Shown in pieces: positions 15,601 through 28,358 of a stretch of 64,000 bases of DNA (position 1 is the stretch's first letter; every line of letters begins with the position of its first letter). A program made the translations under genes and the position numbers. This DNA is from Lytechinus pictus (lineage: Eukaryota), in contig NC_087248.1 in the NCBI RefSeq assembly GCF_037042905.1, positions 10,850,001-10,914,000 of the forward strand. Reading direction: 5' to 3'. Under the pieces are notes generated by a model that was not told the origin of the DNA, searched no databases, and saw only the letters and a program-made list of their open reading frames with translations.

Positions 15601-18600
15601 ATGATTTTATACCTGCCTTAAAGATGACGCGATATGGAGTTGATTTTGAAGCAATCAGACTATGGGTGTCCTACCAGATCTAGCAATCTCTCTCTACAGC
15701 CAGCATGTTGAAATGCTTAATAAACTATTTGTTTAATATAATTTCAACTACTTTCAGAAACAAATATATTTCTAGGTGTACATTTTCAACAACAATACAA
15801 ATAATCATACTTGCTTAAAGTCAGGATTCTTGAAATGCTCTACAAACTATGAAGCATAATTACCCTAGCAGAGCAGCTGTTACCCACTTCAATGTTTTGG
15901 GGAATATATTCCTGTCAGGAATCATTGTATTTACCTTTGTTGGCTAAGAACTGCGTAGTAGTGTGCTGGTCACCAGAAACAAGGAAAGCCACGGCAAATC
16001 TCATCAGGCATGTTCTAACATCTTCCTCTGCCTACAAAAAGAACACATGGTATTTTTAAAAGATAACAAATCAAATCAAAGAGAAGAAAACGGTTCTTGT
16101 GATAGACAACAGATGAATAGTTATAACAAAGCAACAAGTCATTTCATAAAATATTCCCCAGGTGGGTGTTTCATAAAGCTGTTCTTAAGTTAAGAACGAC
16201 TTTAAGAACGACTGGTGATCATTTCTTGTGGTAAAGAGTATATACCAAAATGTTCATTGGCGATGGTTTTAGTGCGTAAGAAAGGATAACCAGTCGTTCT
16301 TAAAGTCGCTCTTAACTTACGAACAGCTTTATGAAACGGACCCCAGGAGTCAGTAAACAAATCCAAGGGCCTATTTCATGAAATATCATCTAAAGCTCCT
16401 AATACCCTTGCATCTTGAAGTGTTATTTGGTAGAAGAGGATGATATCATTTGACATGTTCCTTGGGGGAAATATAAATCTTATTCCGACATTCACTCTGT
16501 GCTTTACCTTACTGTTTCGCCTGTTATACAGGGGAGTCAGGGATCCATGGTCAAACTTGAACACGTTCAAAACCTCGTGAGCTGAGGACGTATCAAGCGC
16601 CACCACCGCCGTCAGGAAGCGGAGGGCCGCCATGATGACCTTGGCCGTGTTCTTTGGGTTGAGGGCGCGGTAGACATGACGCATGTGCATGCGTAGGAGG
16701 ACGTGGAGGGACGGGAGGAAGAGGGACCGGAAGTGATGGAGATCATCGGCAAGCCGTAGGATGATAGAGGTCAGGCAGTTGAAGATGAGTTGAAGCTGCA
16801 GGCAAGAAAAGACACGAACAGAAAATCATCAATATTAAGATTTATGGAATTTCCAAGACACATTTTCTCATCTTACAGGTATAGTCTAATATAGTTTACT
16901 TAAGGTTTTGAAGTTTATTGTATTATTTAGTATTATCAATACCTCATGCAGAAGCCTAATACATTTTTCAATTATCAAGCTTATCGACTGAAAGTGAAAA
17001 CAAGATGCAAGTTCAAAATACAGACAAATTGAACAAAGTTGGTTCAATTTTCTTTTCCAACTGCTACAATATTCTGATACAAATTGCTGATGAGATTGGT
17101 ATGGAAAGTTTCAGGCTCTGGTTATTTTTTTTTGTGGTTGAAGTGTTTGGGTATCCCATATCAAACCTCCTTTTTTAATTGTGGTGCTGTATCAATTGCA
17201 GAAATTGTGACAACCTTTTTCCAGCAAAAAATAAAAAATAAAAAATGGAATATGTCCAAATTTATTTGAAATGCGCAATGCTTTAAAACAACTAAACCTG
17301 CTCCCTTTCATAAAACTAATATCACAAATTATTAGTTACTTATATTATCACACTTGATGGGCTGATTGCTAATTTTATCATTGAAATTTAGTGTGGATTT
17401 GATGGCAAGATTCATTAAAAGAAACCCATATTCTAAGGTGAATTCTTTACCTCGCCATTCGGCCTCTTGTCAGTGGTGAGGAGCTCTGTGATTTCTGCAC
17501 ACTGCGGTGAATGCTGAAGATATTCCTGCACGGCATCAATGTCACCTACACCACATGTAAATGACTTGGCACAGGCGCAGAAGCTTCCTAGAACTGCACA
17601 ATGAGAAAGAAAATAAAAATTGTAATTCAGATAGCAACAAAAGCTGGTAAGGAATCATAATCAACGTTATTTGATCAAAAGATCTAGACAGTACAGGAGC
17701 AGAACTGTTTAATATGAGATACAGATATTTTCTCCAACAATTTCCTTCAATTTAAAGGGCAGGTCCACCCCAATAAAAAAATGATTTGAATAAGAAGAGA
17801 GAAATCAAAGAATGACAGCTAAAGCTTAATGTCGACAACAGACAACGAGCCAGCCATTAGGTCCCTCACTGGTTTATATCAAGCTGTGCAAGAATCTTCA
17901 AGTTTGAAGGAATCAGTAAAAGAAAAAGGAAAGAGATGTTATGTAATTTAATTTTTTTATATTTTGTCAGAGCAAAGTACAAAGCAATTTTGAGTATTCC
18001 ATCGTCTGTAAACCCTGACACTGTGCACATGTTTAGACAACAAATTTAGAGGAATATTTCACGAATTTGAGAAATAGGGATGACAATATCACAAGGAGTC
18101 TCCTCTAAGTCCTTTATCACATCTTCTATCCAGAACTCATCTAAGCCTACTCTAATTGTCGCTCATCTACAATGTACTCATCAGTGCTAGGACTTCCCAA
18201 TACATTTCAACTTGTGCACTTCTGCTCCATGTCATCATTTCTCATTCCCACATCCAATAATATATGAAATAATGTTCCTTGTCAATTGCAGTACCCCCAC
18301 ATGACCAACGGTTGGCCGTTTGCCTCCTGTACGTAAAAATGCATTTTATATAAATCTTTAAAATTATGAGGTAGGCCCTAAAAATTAATTTGCTAAATTA
18401 TGAATATTTGGGCTGACTAACAATAAGTTGCCCTTACTCGTGCCAAATTAAGTCCTGGGCCATGATGCATTGCATTGCATGTTATTGTATTAGATCTACC
18501 ATGATTACAACCGATCTTGACATATTACAATAACTTGGAAAATAATGCCTCTCAAAATGAATATGACATTAAGGCAGAGCAAGACAACTGAGTGATATTA

Positions 18601-20418
18601 ATATCAAGACAAGGGGGAAAATTGTAGATTCTAGACTAGACTGATAAATCCGCTGTTTCGGAGGAGTTTTTCAACATTTTCTAATTTTTTTTGTCCTAGT
18701 ACACAGAAGGATGATGGCCATTGGGCTCGTGTAATGATGGAGCAAACACCGCCGCTTAACTACAGCATGGAACTATTACAAATGGACATTCAACGAGAGC
18801 ATTTTATGGCCACCACCTGTTTCCAGCTGTCAAAATTGCTGTCACACAGTTAACTTTCTCTTTGCGCTTTTTTACGACGAACGCCCGGGGCGATTGTTTA
18901 CTCAATCCCTTCTCGGACCATGACAGTCACTGCTCGATCTCTGGCCCTCTTTCGACCAGATGCGGTCGCGATATATGTGGCAGGCTGCCAGGCCGGCTGT
19001 GTGTTGATTTTTGTGTGTGTCTGTGTGTATAATGAAGGAAAATAGCGGAAAAAATATGCTACGTCTATCGTCCTATAGGGCGGGGTCAACTGGGCAGTTT
19101 TGCCGTAGTGTTCGGGGCGCCAATTTGTTCTCTTTTTCTTTATTTTTGGTCATGTTAGACAATATTAAAATACAATTACAAGGTACACCAGTAGTCATCT
19201 TTGAATTAAAAAAAAATGTATAAAACATTCTCCTCCTTTTTCTTCTTCTTCTCCTCCTTCATCTTAAGTTAATACAGACAGTTCTTAGATTTGATACACA
19301 GTTGACAGTTTAAAAGCGTCTGAACTAATGTCCAAACTGACTGAATGAAAAAAAAATTGGCTCCCAGTTCCATGAATGTGGCTCCTGGTCATCCAAAAAT
19401 TAAACGGGACCAGGAGCCGCTTGCCTTCATGTGGCTCCTGGTCCACGTCGAGTTAATAAAAAGCTCGAGCCTAGACTAAAATTATTTTATTTTCCTCTGC
19501 TCTGGGAAAACCTCCATAACCTCACCCCCTTGGCCTTGCACATCCATGACAGCGTGATCTATGATTATACCTAGAAGGTATAGCTAAATATCATATGTGC
19601 ATGATCATCAGACATCGATCAGCATGATCAGAATTAGACCAAAAGCTTCGGTCTCTGTTATGTTGGTTGTTCAGCTGAACTCCGTTGGCTTCACTCACCA
19701 AATACAGAGACCGAAGTTCTAGCGCGATCTGTACAGGGGACTCAATGGCAATATGTTTATGTACTTAAGATCGGATAAAACGGGGAAGTGAATTTGCGCG
19801 ACAGCCGAGGTAAGTCACTGTTTTTGTTCCTTTTAACTTGATTTTTCACCATTTTTTGGCAATTAATGCCAAGAGGGAATATTAATTTGCATTTTGGTCG
19901 CGTTAATTTTCAAAAATTTTATTCATTAAAGACAAAAATTGAAGAGCCCCGACGGGGGGATTTTGCATTGCAAGTCCCCTAATGGTGGCTGCACGCTAGC
20001 GAGCCGTCTGTGTACGAGGAGAAATTGAAAAAAAAAAAAAGTTAAAAAAACTCCTCGAAACAGACGGCTGCCAGCTGTCTAGATCAGAATAAGCGTGGAC
20101 TAATTCAAGTTTAGGGCCGACAGGCGCCCGCAGTCGTTCGCCAGCGCAGCGGAGCTAGCTGAACTTCTACCCCGTGTCTGGCCCTCTCGATTCTCTCACC
20201 ATCTCGTGTACTGATCACTCACCTTCCGAGAGTAAAACGCCGTCTTTTTTCAATTGGCTGATGAAGTCTGTAGGATCAAAATTTATCTTTATCTTCTTAC
20301 AGTCAGTTTCCGGGGTATTGATTTCTTCATTTTCCTCACTTTCATCCATTTTTGCTGCATGTTTACGTTTTCTAGCAGCCTTTTTCTGGCGCACATGTTT
20401 GCCATCTTCTCGACCCAT
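601..20418 (-). CDS. URB1: Nucleolar pre-ribosomal-associated protein 1 (URB1/Npa1) homolog, multi-exon, 3'-partial
   Basis: Manually spliced GT-AG exons with consistent phases: 20223-20418, 17451-17593, 16508-16795, 15935-16031, 14473-14684, 12704-12834, 11345-11540, 10151-10288, 9448-9606, 8792-8930, 7917-8173, 7003-7101, 6357-6627, 5306-5494, 4380-4564, 3683-3883, 1790-2656, 1297-1456, 601-841. Basic N-terminus (KKAARKRKH). Segments such as EYLQHSPQCAEI, AALRFLTAVVA, DVRTCLMRF, TKTQKLPVLNEFTLFQIAHLY, TSTKHGINFLDKSIG and DLVVHILKTCPDLL...FTPRASSSWL resemble the Npa1 N-terminal region as I recall it. No stop is reached inside the window. Confidence 0.88.
2992..3547 (-). mobile_element. 5'-truncated L2/CR1-clade LINE 3' end (RT C-terminus and TAA-repeat tail)
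   Basis: ORF 3087-3545 (SRIDYCN...QRLQNWAARL...LHWLPFKQRITFKLL...RTFTVSASKSWNDLP) is typical of the post-RT region of L2/CR1 elements. (TTA)n tail at about 2992-3009. Lies in a URB1 intron. Confidence 0.85.
4672..4892 (-). mobile_element. Degenerate tRNA-derived SINE
   Basis: Reverse complement shows A-box-like tggcatatcagtgg and B-box-like gcttcgatcccc. Confidence 0.5.
5613..5891. other. Assembly gap (N run) in a URB1 intron, flanked by (CAT)n
   Basis: N run with catcatcat on both sides. Exons 6357-6627 and 5306-5494 join in phase across it. Confidence 0.9.
6083..6345. mobile_element. MITE, same family as 24003-24281
   Basis: gggccccgtcttaca ... atcaatcgtaactctttgtaagatggg, with an internal sequence similar to the 24 kb copy. 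Confidence 0.75.
7563..7847. mobile_element. MITE, PIF/Harbinger-like
   Basis: TIRs taaggcctggtcccactg / cagtgggaccaagcctta with TAA/TTA flanks. Confidence 0.7.
11098..11274. mobile_element. MITE with CAGGGG(T/C)GGATCCAGG termini (hAT-like family)
   Basis: caggggtggatccagg ... cctggatccaccactg. Related to 27835-28225. Confidence 0.65.
11560..11825. repeat. Local tandem duplication (~130 bp x2) in a URB1 intron
   Basis: aagaactaac...gagtacttcag...ataaattcagtaaagtctgatttacaaaaaacatcagca...tttgaaatatccataaa occurs twice. Confidence 0.8.
14769..14955. mobile_element. Palindromic MITE (second copy at 16159-16346)
   Basis: gtttcataaagctgttcgtaagttaagagcgacttta ... taaagtcgctcttaacttacgaacagctttatgaaac. 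Confidence 0.8.
15178..15413 (+). mobile_element. 5'-truncated tRNA-derived SINE
   Basis: B box ggttcgaatccc, body matching 53069-53353, (TAT)n tail. Confidence 0.8.
16159..16346. mobile_element. Palindromic MITE (copy of 14769-14955)
   Basis: Same long TIRs and internal sequence as the 14.8 kb copy. Confidence 0.8.
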
Positions 20419-20693
20419 TTCGCAATGTTAATCATTTATGGAACGCTAACTGGCACCGTTTCCGTGCCAATTAAATTTTACCACAACGTCCGATATAGAA
20501 ATCATATAATAAGATATATATCTACACGACTTTTCCTCTAATTATGGGCGTCATTCCGAACTTGGGCTGGGGGGGGGGGGGGGGAGGGGCCGAGAGGGGA
20601 TTCGTCAGCTTCCCATATATACTTATTGCTATACCCCTCCCCCAGCTCCATCACCAAACCATCTCACTAGATATCACCCCACCCCCCTCTCTC

Positions 20694-21618
20694 CCCGGGG
20701 GGGCCACTCACATTGACGAGTGGATACCATGCGCGACCAAAAAAACACGTAAAAAGGATGTCTTTTTCAAGATAGCGCACGTTACGTACGTAACGTAATA
20801 AGGGTGTCAAAAACACTAAAATAATGAAAAAGGGTATCTATTTCGATAGGAAAGCTACGTGTTTATAGGGTCAAATTTGCGAGGGTATAAGAAATCAAGA
20901 CTAAAATGTTTTATAAAGGACGTACTTTTTGCCCCAGGAGTCAACATTACGTGTTTAGAGTACGATTTGCGCGAGTTGGGCTGTACTAAACCCAATGGTG
21001 TAGGTAAAGGTAAAACCGACGTCCCTGTTTGAAATATCGCTGTACTTGTTTAGGGGGGGGGGGCCACTTACATTGACGAGTGGATACCATGCGCGACCAA
21101 AAAAACACGTAAAAAGGATGTCTTTTTCAAGATAGGGCACGTTACGTTCGTAACGTGATAAGGGTGTCAAAAACACAAAAATAATGAAAAAAGGGTATCT
21201 ATTTCGCTAGGAAAGAAAGCTACGTGTTTAGGGTCAAATTTGCGGGGATGATAAAACAAAATTAAATGTTTTATAAAGGATGTCCTTTTTGCCCCAACAC
21301 TACGCGTTTAGAGTCCGATTTGCGCGAGATGTGGAAGGTGGGGCCGTACTTAACCAAATGATGTGTAAAGGTAAAACCGACGACCGACGGACCCGTGACA
21401 TAACAATAAAATATTGCTGTACTTGTTTAGGGGTTCATTTCAGGGAATACTTGCCAAGAGTATCGTTTTGTTCCAATACTTGTTAAGGGTAGGGTTTCAC
21501 ACGCCAATACTTGTTAAGGGTTGCATTTTCAGAATATGGAAAATACGTGTTTAGGGTGCTTTTCGAGACCCCATGGTCGCGCATGGTATCCACTCGTCAA
21601 TGGAAGTGGCCCCCCGGG
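20694..21618. mobile_element. Non-autonomous hAT-like transposon upstream of URB1, with an internal tandem duplication of its left part
   Basis: TIRs cccggggggggccact...cattgacgagtggataccatgcgcgacc / ggtcgcgcatggtatccactcgtcaatgg...gtggccccccggg. 8-bp TSD cctctctc/cctctcta. The left ~355 bp is repeated from about 21053. Confidence 0.8.
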
Positions 21619-22034
21619 CCTCTCTAGCTCTCTATAGTCGTGCTATTTCGCGTTGTTTTAGTTTCTTTGTTGAGCATTTCATTTATTGTTTTATCAGCTT
21701 TACAAGCATTAGTTAAAGTTCAATAATTTTGATAACATCTGGGGAATTTAATCATTATTTTTTTTCTTTTCTGGTACCATTTTTTTTCACCAACAATCTA
21801 TGATCCCGGAGTATGATAAAAAACCCGTATTTGCTGTAATCCTAAATCACTTACTCAAAATTGCAATGTTTTGCATTCTCTTCAATAACAACAAGAATAT
21901 AAATGCATTTGTAACTATGTCAAAGAGAAGATATTAAAGAACAAGTAATTCGCCCCAACAAAAAGTTGATTTGAATAAAATGAGAAAAATCGAACAAGCA
22001 TAATAAAAATTTCAAGAGTTTTATTCACATCGGG

Positions 22035-22649
22035 TACCGTAAGGGCACTAGTATTCAACCCGTTTGGAGAGTTTCCTCAAATATATAGAAATATAGAATT
22101 TACCTGAATTTCAGACCCGTCTTATTTCCAAGAGCAAATGCTGGTTATTCTTTTTCCGTTATTTTTTTCTTCAACCAGTTGACTGTGTGCGCGGGCGATC
22201 GAATTATACGGCGACAGATTTTGGTACTAGTATTCAACCCGTCGGCACTAGTATTCAACCTAGCGATGAAAGATGGCCCTGTCTCTCAATCTGCCCTTGT
22301 CCCATCCGACTATGGACTAGACCATTTGAGATGAGACCAAACAGGGAATTAATCAAAGCCAGAGACTTACATAGATCTAGATCTAATTTAGCAATCTAAA
22401 CCCTTTTGAGATTTGCTATCAATCCTCACTAGGTTGAATACTAGTACCATTCAGTGCAAAAGGCCATCGCCGCATAATTCGATCCTCCGCGCATACAGTC
22501 GACAGATTGACAAAGAAAATATCGACAACAGATTACCCTGGAAATAACAAAGGTGTGAAATTAAGATAAATTCCCTATTTCTAAATATTTTGGGGAATAT
22601 GTCAAAATCTTTGAATTATGCCGGGTTGAATACTAGTACCCATACGGTA
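22035..22649. mobile_element. TA-flanked MITE (Tc1/mariner-like) nested in an older TTAA-type MITE (~21934-23050)
   Basis: TIRs taccgtaagggcactagtattcaacccg / cgggttgaatactagtacccatacggta. The host element matches the uninterrupted copy at 50068-50641. Confidence 0.75.
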
Positions 22650-23409
22650 TGCAAATGAAGAGACTGACGATGTTACCAACTCACTATTTTTTTTTTTTTA
22701 TCATATGAAATATGTAGTATTTTAAGTTTTTCCTCATTGTCATGTGAAATAATTAAAGCTTTATTAATCCCTGAACATGTGGATTTTTATCATTGCTTTA
22801 ACATTTTGTTGTTCAGACAAGTTGCATTATTGTCAAATCTATAAAAAATAAAATTATAATTCAAACAATAAAATAAAGTTAAGAAATAGTGAATCAGTGA
22901 GAGAGGGACATCATCGACTCTCTCATTTAAATACCACTGGGTTGTGAATAGGGCCTATAACTCTTTTAATATTAAGCTAAATTCTAAAATGTCATAACTT
23001 TCTTATTTTACATCTGATTTTGATGAAATTTTCAGCATGCTTATTTGATACCTGTCCTATTCATGATTTCAGATAAAACGCCTAGAAAGTCCAGTTTTTC
23101 AGGTCGGTGTATGTTGGAATAACAGAAATTTTCAGATTGCGCTTCACGCCTGCATTAATTGTTTAGTGAGAAACCTATCACATTCATGACTTCAAAGAAG
23201 GCTTAGAATGCTTACGCTTCGCAGTAGCAATATTTGATTTGTGTGATGTAGTTACAGCAAACAGTCACGTACTCATGAGATCCATTTTCGGGTCAGTGTA
23301 TTATATTTTTTTCAGCTCAATTGTTTAGTTAGATACACCATGTAATGAGCCAAAAATGTGAGGGTGCTATATGGCACATTGCTTAAAATTAATAAAAAAG
23401 TTTCGACAT

Positions 23410-23502
23410 TTGTATTACAAAAATCTGAATTTGCGATAGATATTGACATAATATTCAGAAAATAATTTCACCCTTTTGTCTTTTTTTTATAAATCTTGGT
23501 CG

Positions 23503-23540
<38 letters not shown>

Positions 23541-25750
23541 GGGGGGGGGGGGAAGCCCTCCATCTGTACGCCAGTGCGAGACACAACATTAATCTATCAC
23601 GTTCATGATTACAAAAAGTGCTTAGAATGTCAAATTTTCAGGTCGGAATATAAAAAATTCTGCTCACGCTTCGCACTCGCATTATAGACTAAATTAGGCC
23701 TTATGATCGAAATACATTACCTTGTTTGTAAGAATAAACAAAATGAAGGCCTTCTTAACACTTTAGTCTTTGGTTGGGACTATACCCCCTCAAAAACCAA
23801 CAAAATTTAGCTGTTAGCGATCGATCTGGGGAAAAAATTGACCCCCCCCCCCCCCCCCATTGGCGAAAGCTGGATCCGGGGATCCGCCCCTGTATTATAT
23901 CTGTACTACCGATCGATACGCTGAACAACAAGGTTCCGAGATTGAAGAGCGCACTCTTCAGTGAAGGAGTTTCCACCGTACTGACGGCGAAATTTGCCAT
24001 CCCAGGGCCCTTGTCTTACAAAGAGTTGCGATCGATCCAATCAATCGTAAATGTGGAAAGCCGGCAAATTCAACATATAAAATGCATGTTTTTTTAAAAG
24101 ATTTTCTAGATATGAATGTATATCCATAAATTCTTTGATATCTGGACAATTTGGTGTGTTCTCCTTTGTTTACAAAGGACATTTTGCAAATTTCCTGTAG
24201 AAAAAAATTATGGCACTGATGGATTTCCATAGAGTTACGATTGATTGGATCAATCGTAACTCTTTGTAAGACGGGGCCCTGTATGGCGCTATGAGACAGT
24301 TGATCAGTGATGAGACATACTTTTCTACAGGAGACTAATAATCAAATTTTAATTTCAAACTACTCCCCGATGCTCTTAACATGGCATAATTTGATTACTG
24401 CAAAGTAGCTGGGCCAAACTGTTCTCTCGGTCTCAATGACATGCTTACTAAATTCAGAACAGATCATGGCAATGGTGAGAAAGTGGTGACCCAGTGCGCC
24501 TAACCACGAACTAGCATCTCTGACATATTCTCTACCCTAATATGGAAAGATCTTTTTTCCCGATGGCTTGTTTTCACAAGATGAAGAATATGAATACTTT
24601 TATCCCCCCCCACTCTGAAGTGTCAGACTAAACGGCGGAGATCAACGCCCGATGCATCGGACACAACAAGCCAACGGCCGTTACCGGGGTATGTCTCTGT
24701 AATGATACCTCAATTAAGAATGATGTAATGATACCTCAAGACATTTTTATTACAAAAAACCAAATTTGTGATAGATATTGACATAATATTCATAAAATAA
24801 TAGTATAATTATTTCATCCTTGTCTCTCTCTCTCTCTCCTTTTCTCTTTTTTTTCTTTTGGTCGTGACTTTTTTTTTTTGGGGGGGGGGGGGGCAAGAGC
24901 CATCTGTACACCAGTGCGATACACAACATTAATCTATCATGTTTATGATTACAAAAGGTACTTATAATGTCAAATTTTCAGGTCGGAAAATCAAAAACAT
25001 TTGCGCTGGCATTATATTTAGGCCTTATGAGGTACATTACCTTGTTTGTAATAAGCTAAATGTAGGCCTACTTAACACTTTAGTCTTTGGTTGGGACTTC
25101 CCCCTGAAAAACCAACAAAATTTAGCTTTTAGCGGTCGATCTGGGGAAAAAGTGGACCCCCCCCCCCTATTGGCGAAAGCTGGATCCGGGGATCCGCCCC
25201 TGTAATGTATCTGTACTACCGGTACGCTAACAAGGTTCCGAGATTGAAGAACGCACTCTTCAGTGGAGGAGTTTCCACCGTACTGCATGACGGCGAAATT
25301 TGCCATCCCTGATGGCGCTATGAGACAGTTGATCAGTGATGAGACATAATTTTCGACAAGAGACTAATAATCAAATTTTAATTTCAAACTACTCCTAGCT
25401 GATGCTCTTACCCCGGCTCTTACCATGGCATACTTTGCTTACTGCGAAGTACAGCTGGGCCAAACTGTTCTCTCGGTCTCAATGGCAGGCTTACTAAAAT
25501 TCAGAACAGAATGGCAATTCCAGGGCGCCCAACCACGAACTAGCATCTCTGACATATTCTCTACCCTAATATGGAAAGATCTTTTTTCCCGATGGCCTTT
25601 TTTCACAAGATGAAGAATATGAATACTTTTATTTCCCCCCCCCACACTGAAGTGTCAGACTAAATGGCGGAGATCAACGCCCGATGCATCGGACACAACA
25701 AGCCAACGGGCCAACGGGTTACCGGGTTATGTCTCTGTAATGATACCTCA
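23410..25750. repeat. ~1 kb tandem segmental duplication (about 23410-24740 and 24745-25750)
   Basis: Colinear, high-identity blocks. The MITE at 24003-24281 is present only in the first copy. Confidence 0.85.
24003..24281. mobile_element. MITE (GGGCCC-ended, CWG target)
   Basis: cagggcccttgtcttacaaagagttgcgat ... atcgtaactctttgtaagacggggccctg. Empty site gccatccctgatggc at about 25302-25316. Confidence 0.8.
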
Positions 25751-26525
25751 TGCAGAATGGAATAATGTAATGTAAGAACGATCAACGACAGTCGACAGAT
25801 AATGTTCCTCAACTCATGTTGGACATCATGTAACTAAGAAGAATTCATAGTCGATTGTAGTACTTTCAAAGGGTTAAACATTGATTTATTTACACTTTAC
25901 CTTAATCATCACCACAGTTTTACTTCCAATGTGATTTTACCTATACATCTTTATAAAACAAACTTCTTGTTTACTCTTCCTTGGATTAAAAATAGCTTTT
26001 TAGAAATGCACGTAACAAATACGAAATTAGTTATGATTATATCAAACATAATGGTAATGTGCAGTTCTTATCATTTCAATAGATGCATTGCAATTTTTCC
26101 GATTGATCATATTTTACTGAATGCAAAATATACCTTTAAAGCTGAAGAAATGACCAAATAATACCCGATAATTTTTGTTTTGCATTCTCACAGGTAAAAT
26201 AACAAAATACATTCAGAGAAAGTAACATGATTGATGTATTGACATTAAACAAGCTATTTATATAAAATAACCAAATATAATATACAAGTCTACTATATGA
26301 AGTCTGATATTATAAGTCCACTATAAGACTAATATTCAATTGATATGGAACATAATATTCATTTCATATTTCATATAAAAGTGAACTCTTGTTACTCTTC
26401 TCGTATATATTTATTTCGAATCTCTTTACAATATGTAGCATAATGGTAACCACGCGGTGATGTATGTTAATTGACATTACAGTGATTCATGTATTATGAT
26501 GTGTTATGTTTTGTTTTGAATAGAC

Positions 26526-27118
26526 TTAAAGAAATGGTCCGGGCTGGAAATATTGATATCTTAATACATCAAGTAGAATTCACTGAGCATAATCCCGAAA
26601 ATTTCATCAAAATCGGATAACGAATAATAAAGTTATTGAAGTTTAAAGTTAAGCAAAATTTTGCGAAAACTTTTGTCATGAATATTTATTAGGTGGGCTG
26701 ATGATGTCACATCCCCACTTTCTGTTTTCTTATGCTATTACATAAAATCATAATTTTTTTTGTGTGTGAATAATATGTCTCCCTTATAATGAAATAAGTT
26801 GCAGCAATAAATGTATGTAATAAATATCTAATGCACTAAATCAGTTGTCAATCCCATTTTTCTAGTTCTTGGAGGAAAAAATTTGAATAAACCTAATTTC
26901 ATATAATAAAGTACAAAAGAAACAAGTGGGGATGTGACATCATCAGCCCACCTAATAAATATTCATGAAGACTGTTTTCACAAAATATTGCTAAACTTTA
27001 AAATTCAATAACTTTGTTATTTGTTATCCGATTTTGATGAAATTTTTGGCATTTTGCTTAGTGAATTCTACTCTATTTATTTAGCTATAAATACTTACAA
27101 CACGGATCATCCCTTTAA
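26526..27118. mobile_element. TTAA-flanked MITE (piggyBac/Kolobok-like) with long TIRs
   Basis: ttaaag...aatttcatcaaaatcggataac...ggtgggctgatgatgtcacatccccactt is mirrored at the right end, which finishes ctttaa. Confidence 0.75.
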
Positions 27119-27834
27119 AGCATAATGGTCTCCAACTCAACATACGGTGATGTATGTATAATACATTACAGTGATCCATTATGATATATTATGGTTGGTT
27201 TTGAATAAATTTATTCAAATTCATTCAATTCATTAAAATTTATTCAATTCATTTAAATTTAAATTCATTCAAATTCATGCCATTATAAAATACATTCATA
27301 ATCAATTGTCAGAACAAGTGTTGCCAAACTCTGGCATAAAGCGTTCTCTTTTTCTTTCATGTAAATTTAGTCTGTATAAATATGATTCAAAGCATTCAAA
27401 TTAATAAAGGTAAAGAAGTATGAAGCATTTGCTGACGACCAATTATGGTATTTCTCTTTTTTTTAAATTATAAATAGTATCCCATGAGGCGAAGTCTATC
27501 TTAAACTTACAAAAAGTTTTCACATTTACATACTTTATATCTCCATATTTTTATTCTGGCAATTACAGTGATGTCGAGCGGTAATAGTAATTTTCATGAC
27601 CTATGAATTAGTAAAATAGATATTAAAACAATGAATGGTCATATAAATTTTCCTTTCATATTTTTCCTGCGTCTATAATTTAATTGGTTGTCGATCATGA
27701 ACACATATTTGGGGAGCGTTTCATCAACTATTTCATCCGACAACTTTCCTCGATTTTGATTGGCCAGGAAGATGTTAACTGTCGGAAAAAGAGGATTTAT
27801 CGGACAAAACGTCCGACACTTCCTTTCATGAAAC

Positions 27835-28225
27835 CAGGGGCGGATCCAGGATTTTCCAAAAAGGGGGCAAATTTTTGGAGGAAAATTTTGACAAGCCCCC
27901 CCCCAAAAAAAAAAATTTTCAACCACAAATTAAGGATATTTCGTACCCGAGAAAAATTTGACAATCAAAAATTAAGGATATTTCGTACCCGAAAAAAAAT
28001 TGACAAGCAATAAGAAAAAAGGTTTTCAACCACAAATTAAGGATATTTCGTACCCAAAAAATTTGATAAGCAAAAAAAAAAAGTGCTTCAATTTCAAAAG
28101 AGGGGGGGGGGGCACACCTCGGATTCATTTTACATTGACATTTTTACATTACAAATTTTAATTTTTCTTCTCAAGGGGGGGGGGGGCACGTGCCTCCTAT
28201 GCCCCCCCCCCTGGATCCGCGCCTG
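27835..28225. mobile_element. hAT-like MITE nested in another MITE (27709-28242)
   Basis: TIRs cagggggcggatccagg / cctggatccgcgcctg with an exact 8-bp TSD catgaaac. Host TIRs ggggagcgtttcat / atgaaacgctcccc. Confidence 0.8.
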
Positions 28226-28358
28226 CATGAAACGCTCCCCTGAACAGAATTGAGGAATGAAACAACCCCGATCTATTTATTTTTTTCATTGGGGAAAAGG
28301 GAAGTTGTATAATGATTTCAATATCAAAACTATATGAAGCTTGACATCCAATCCCATC

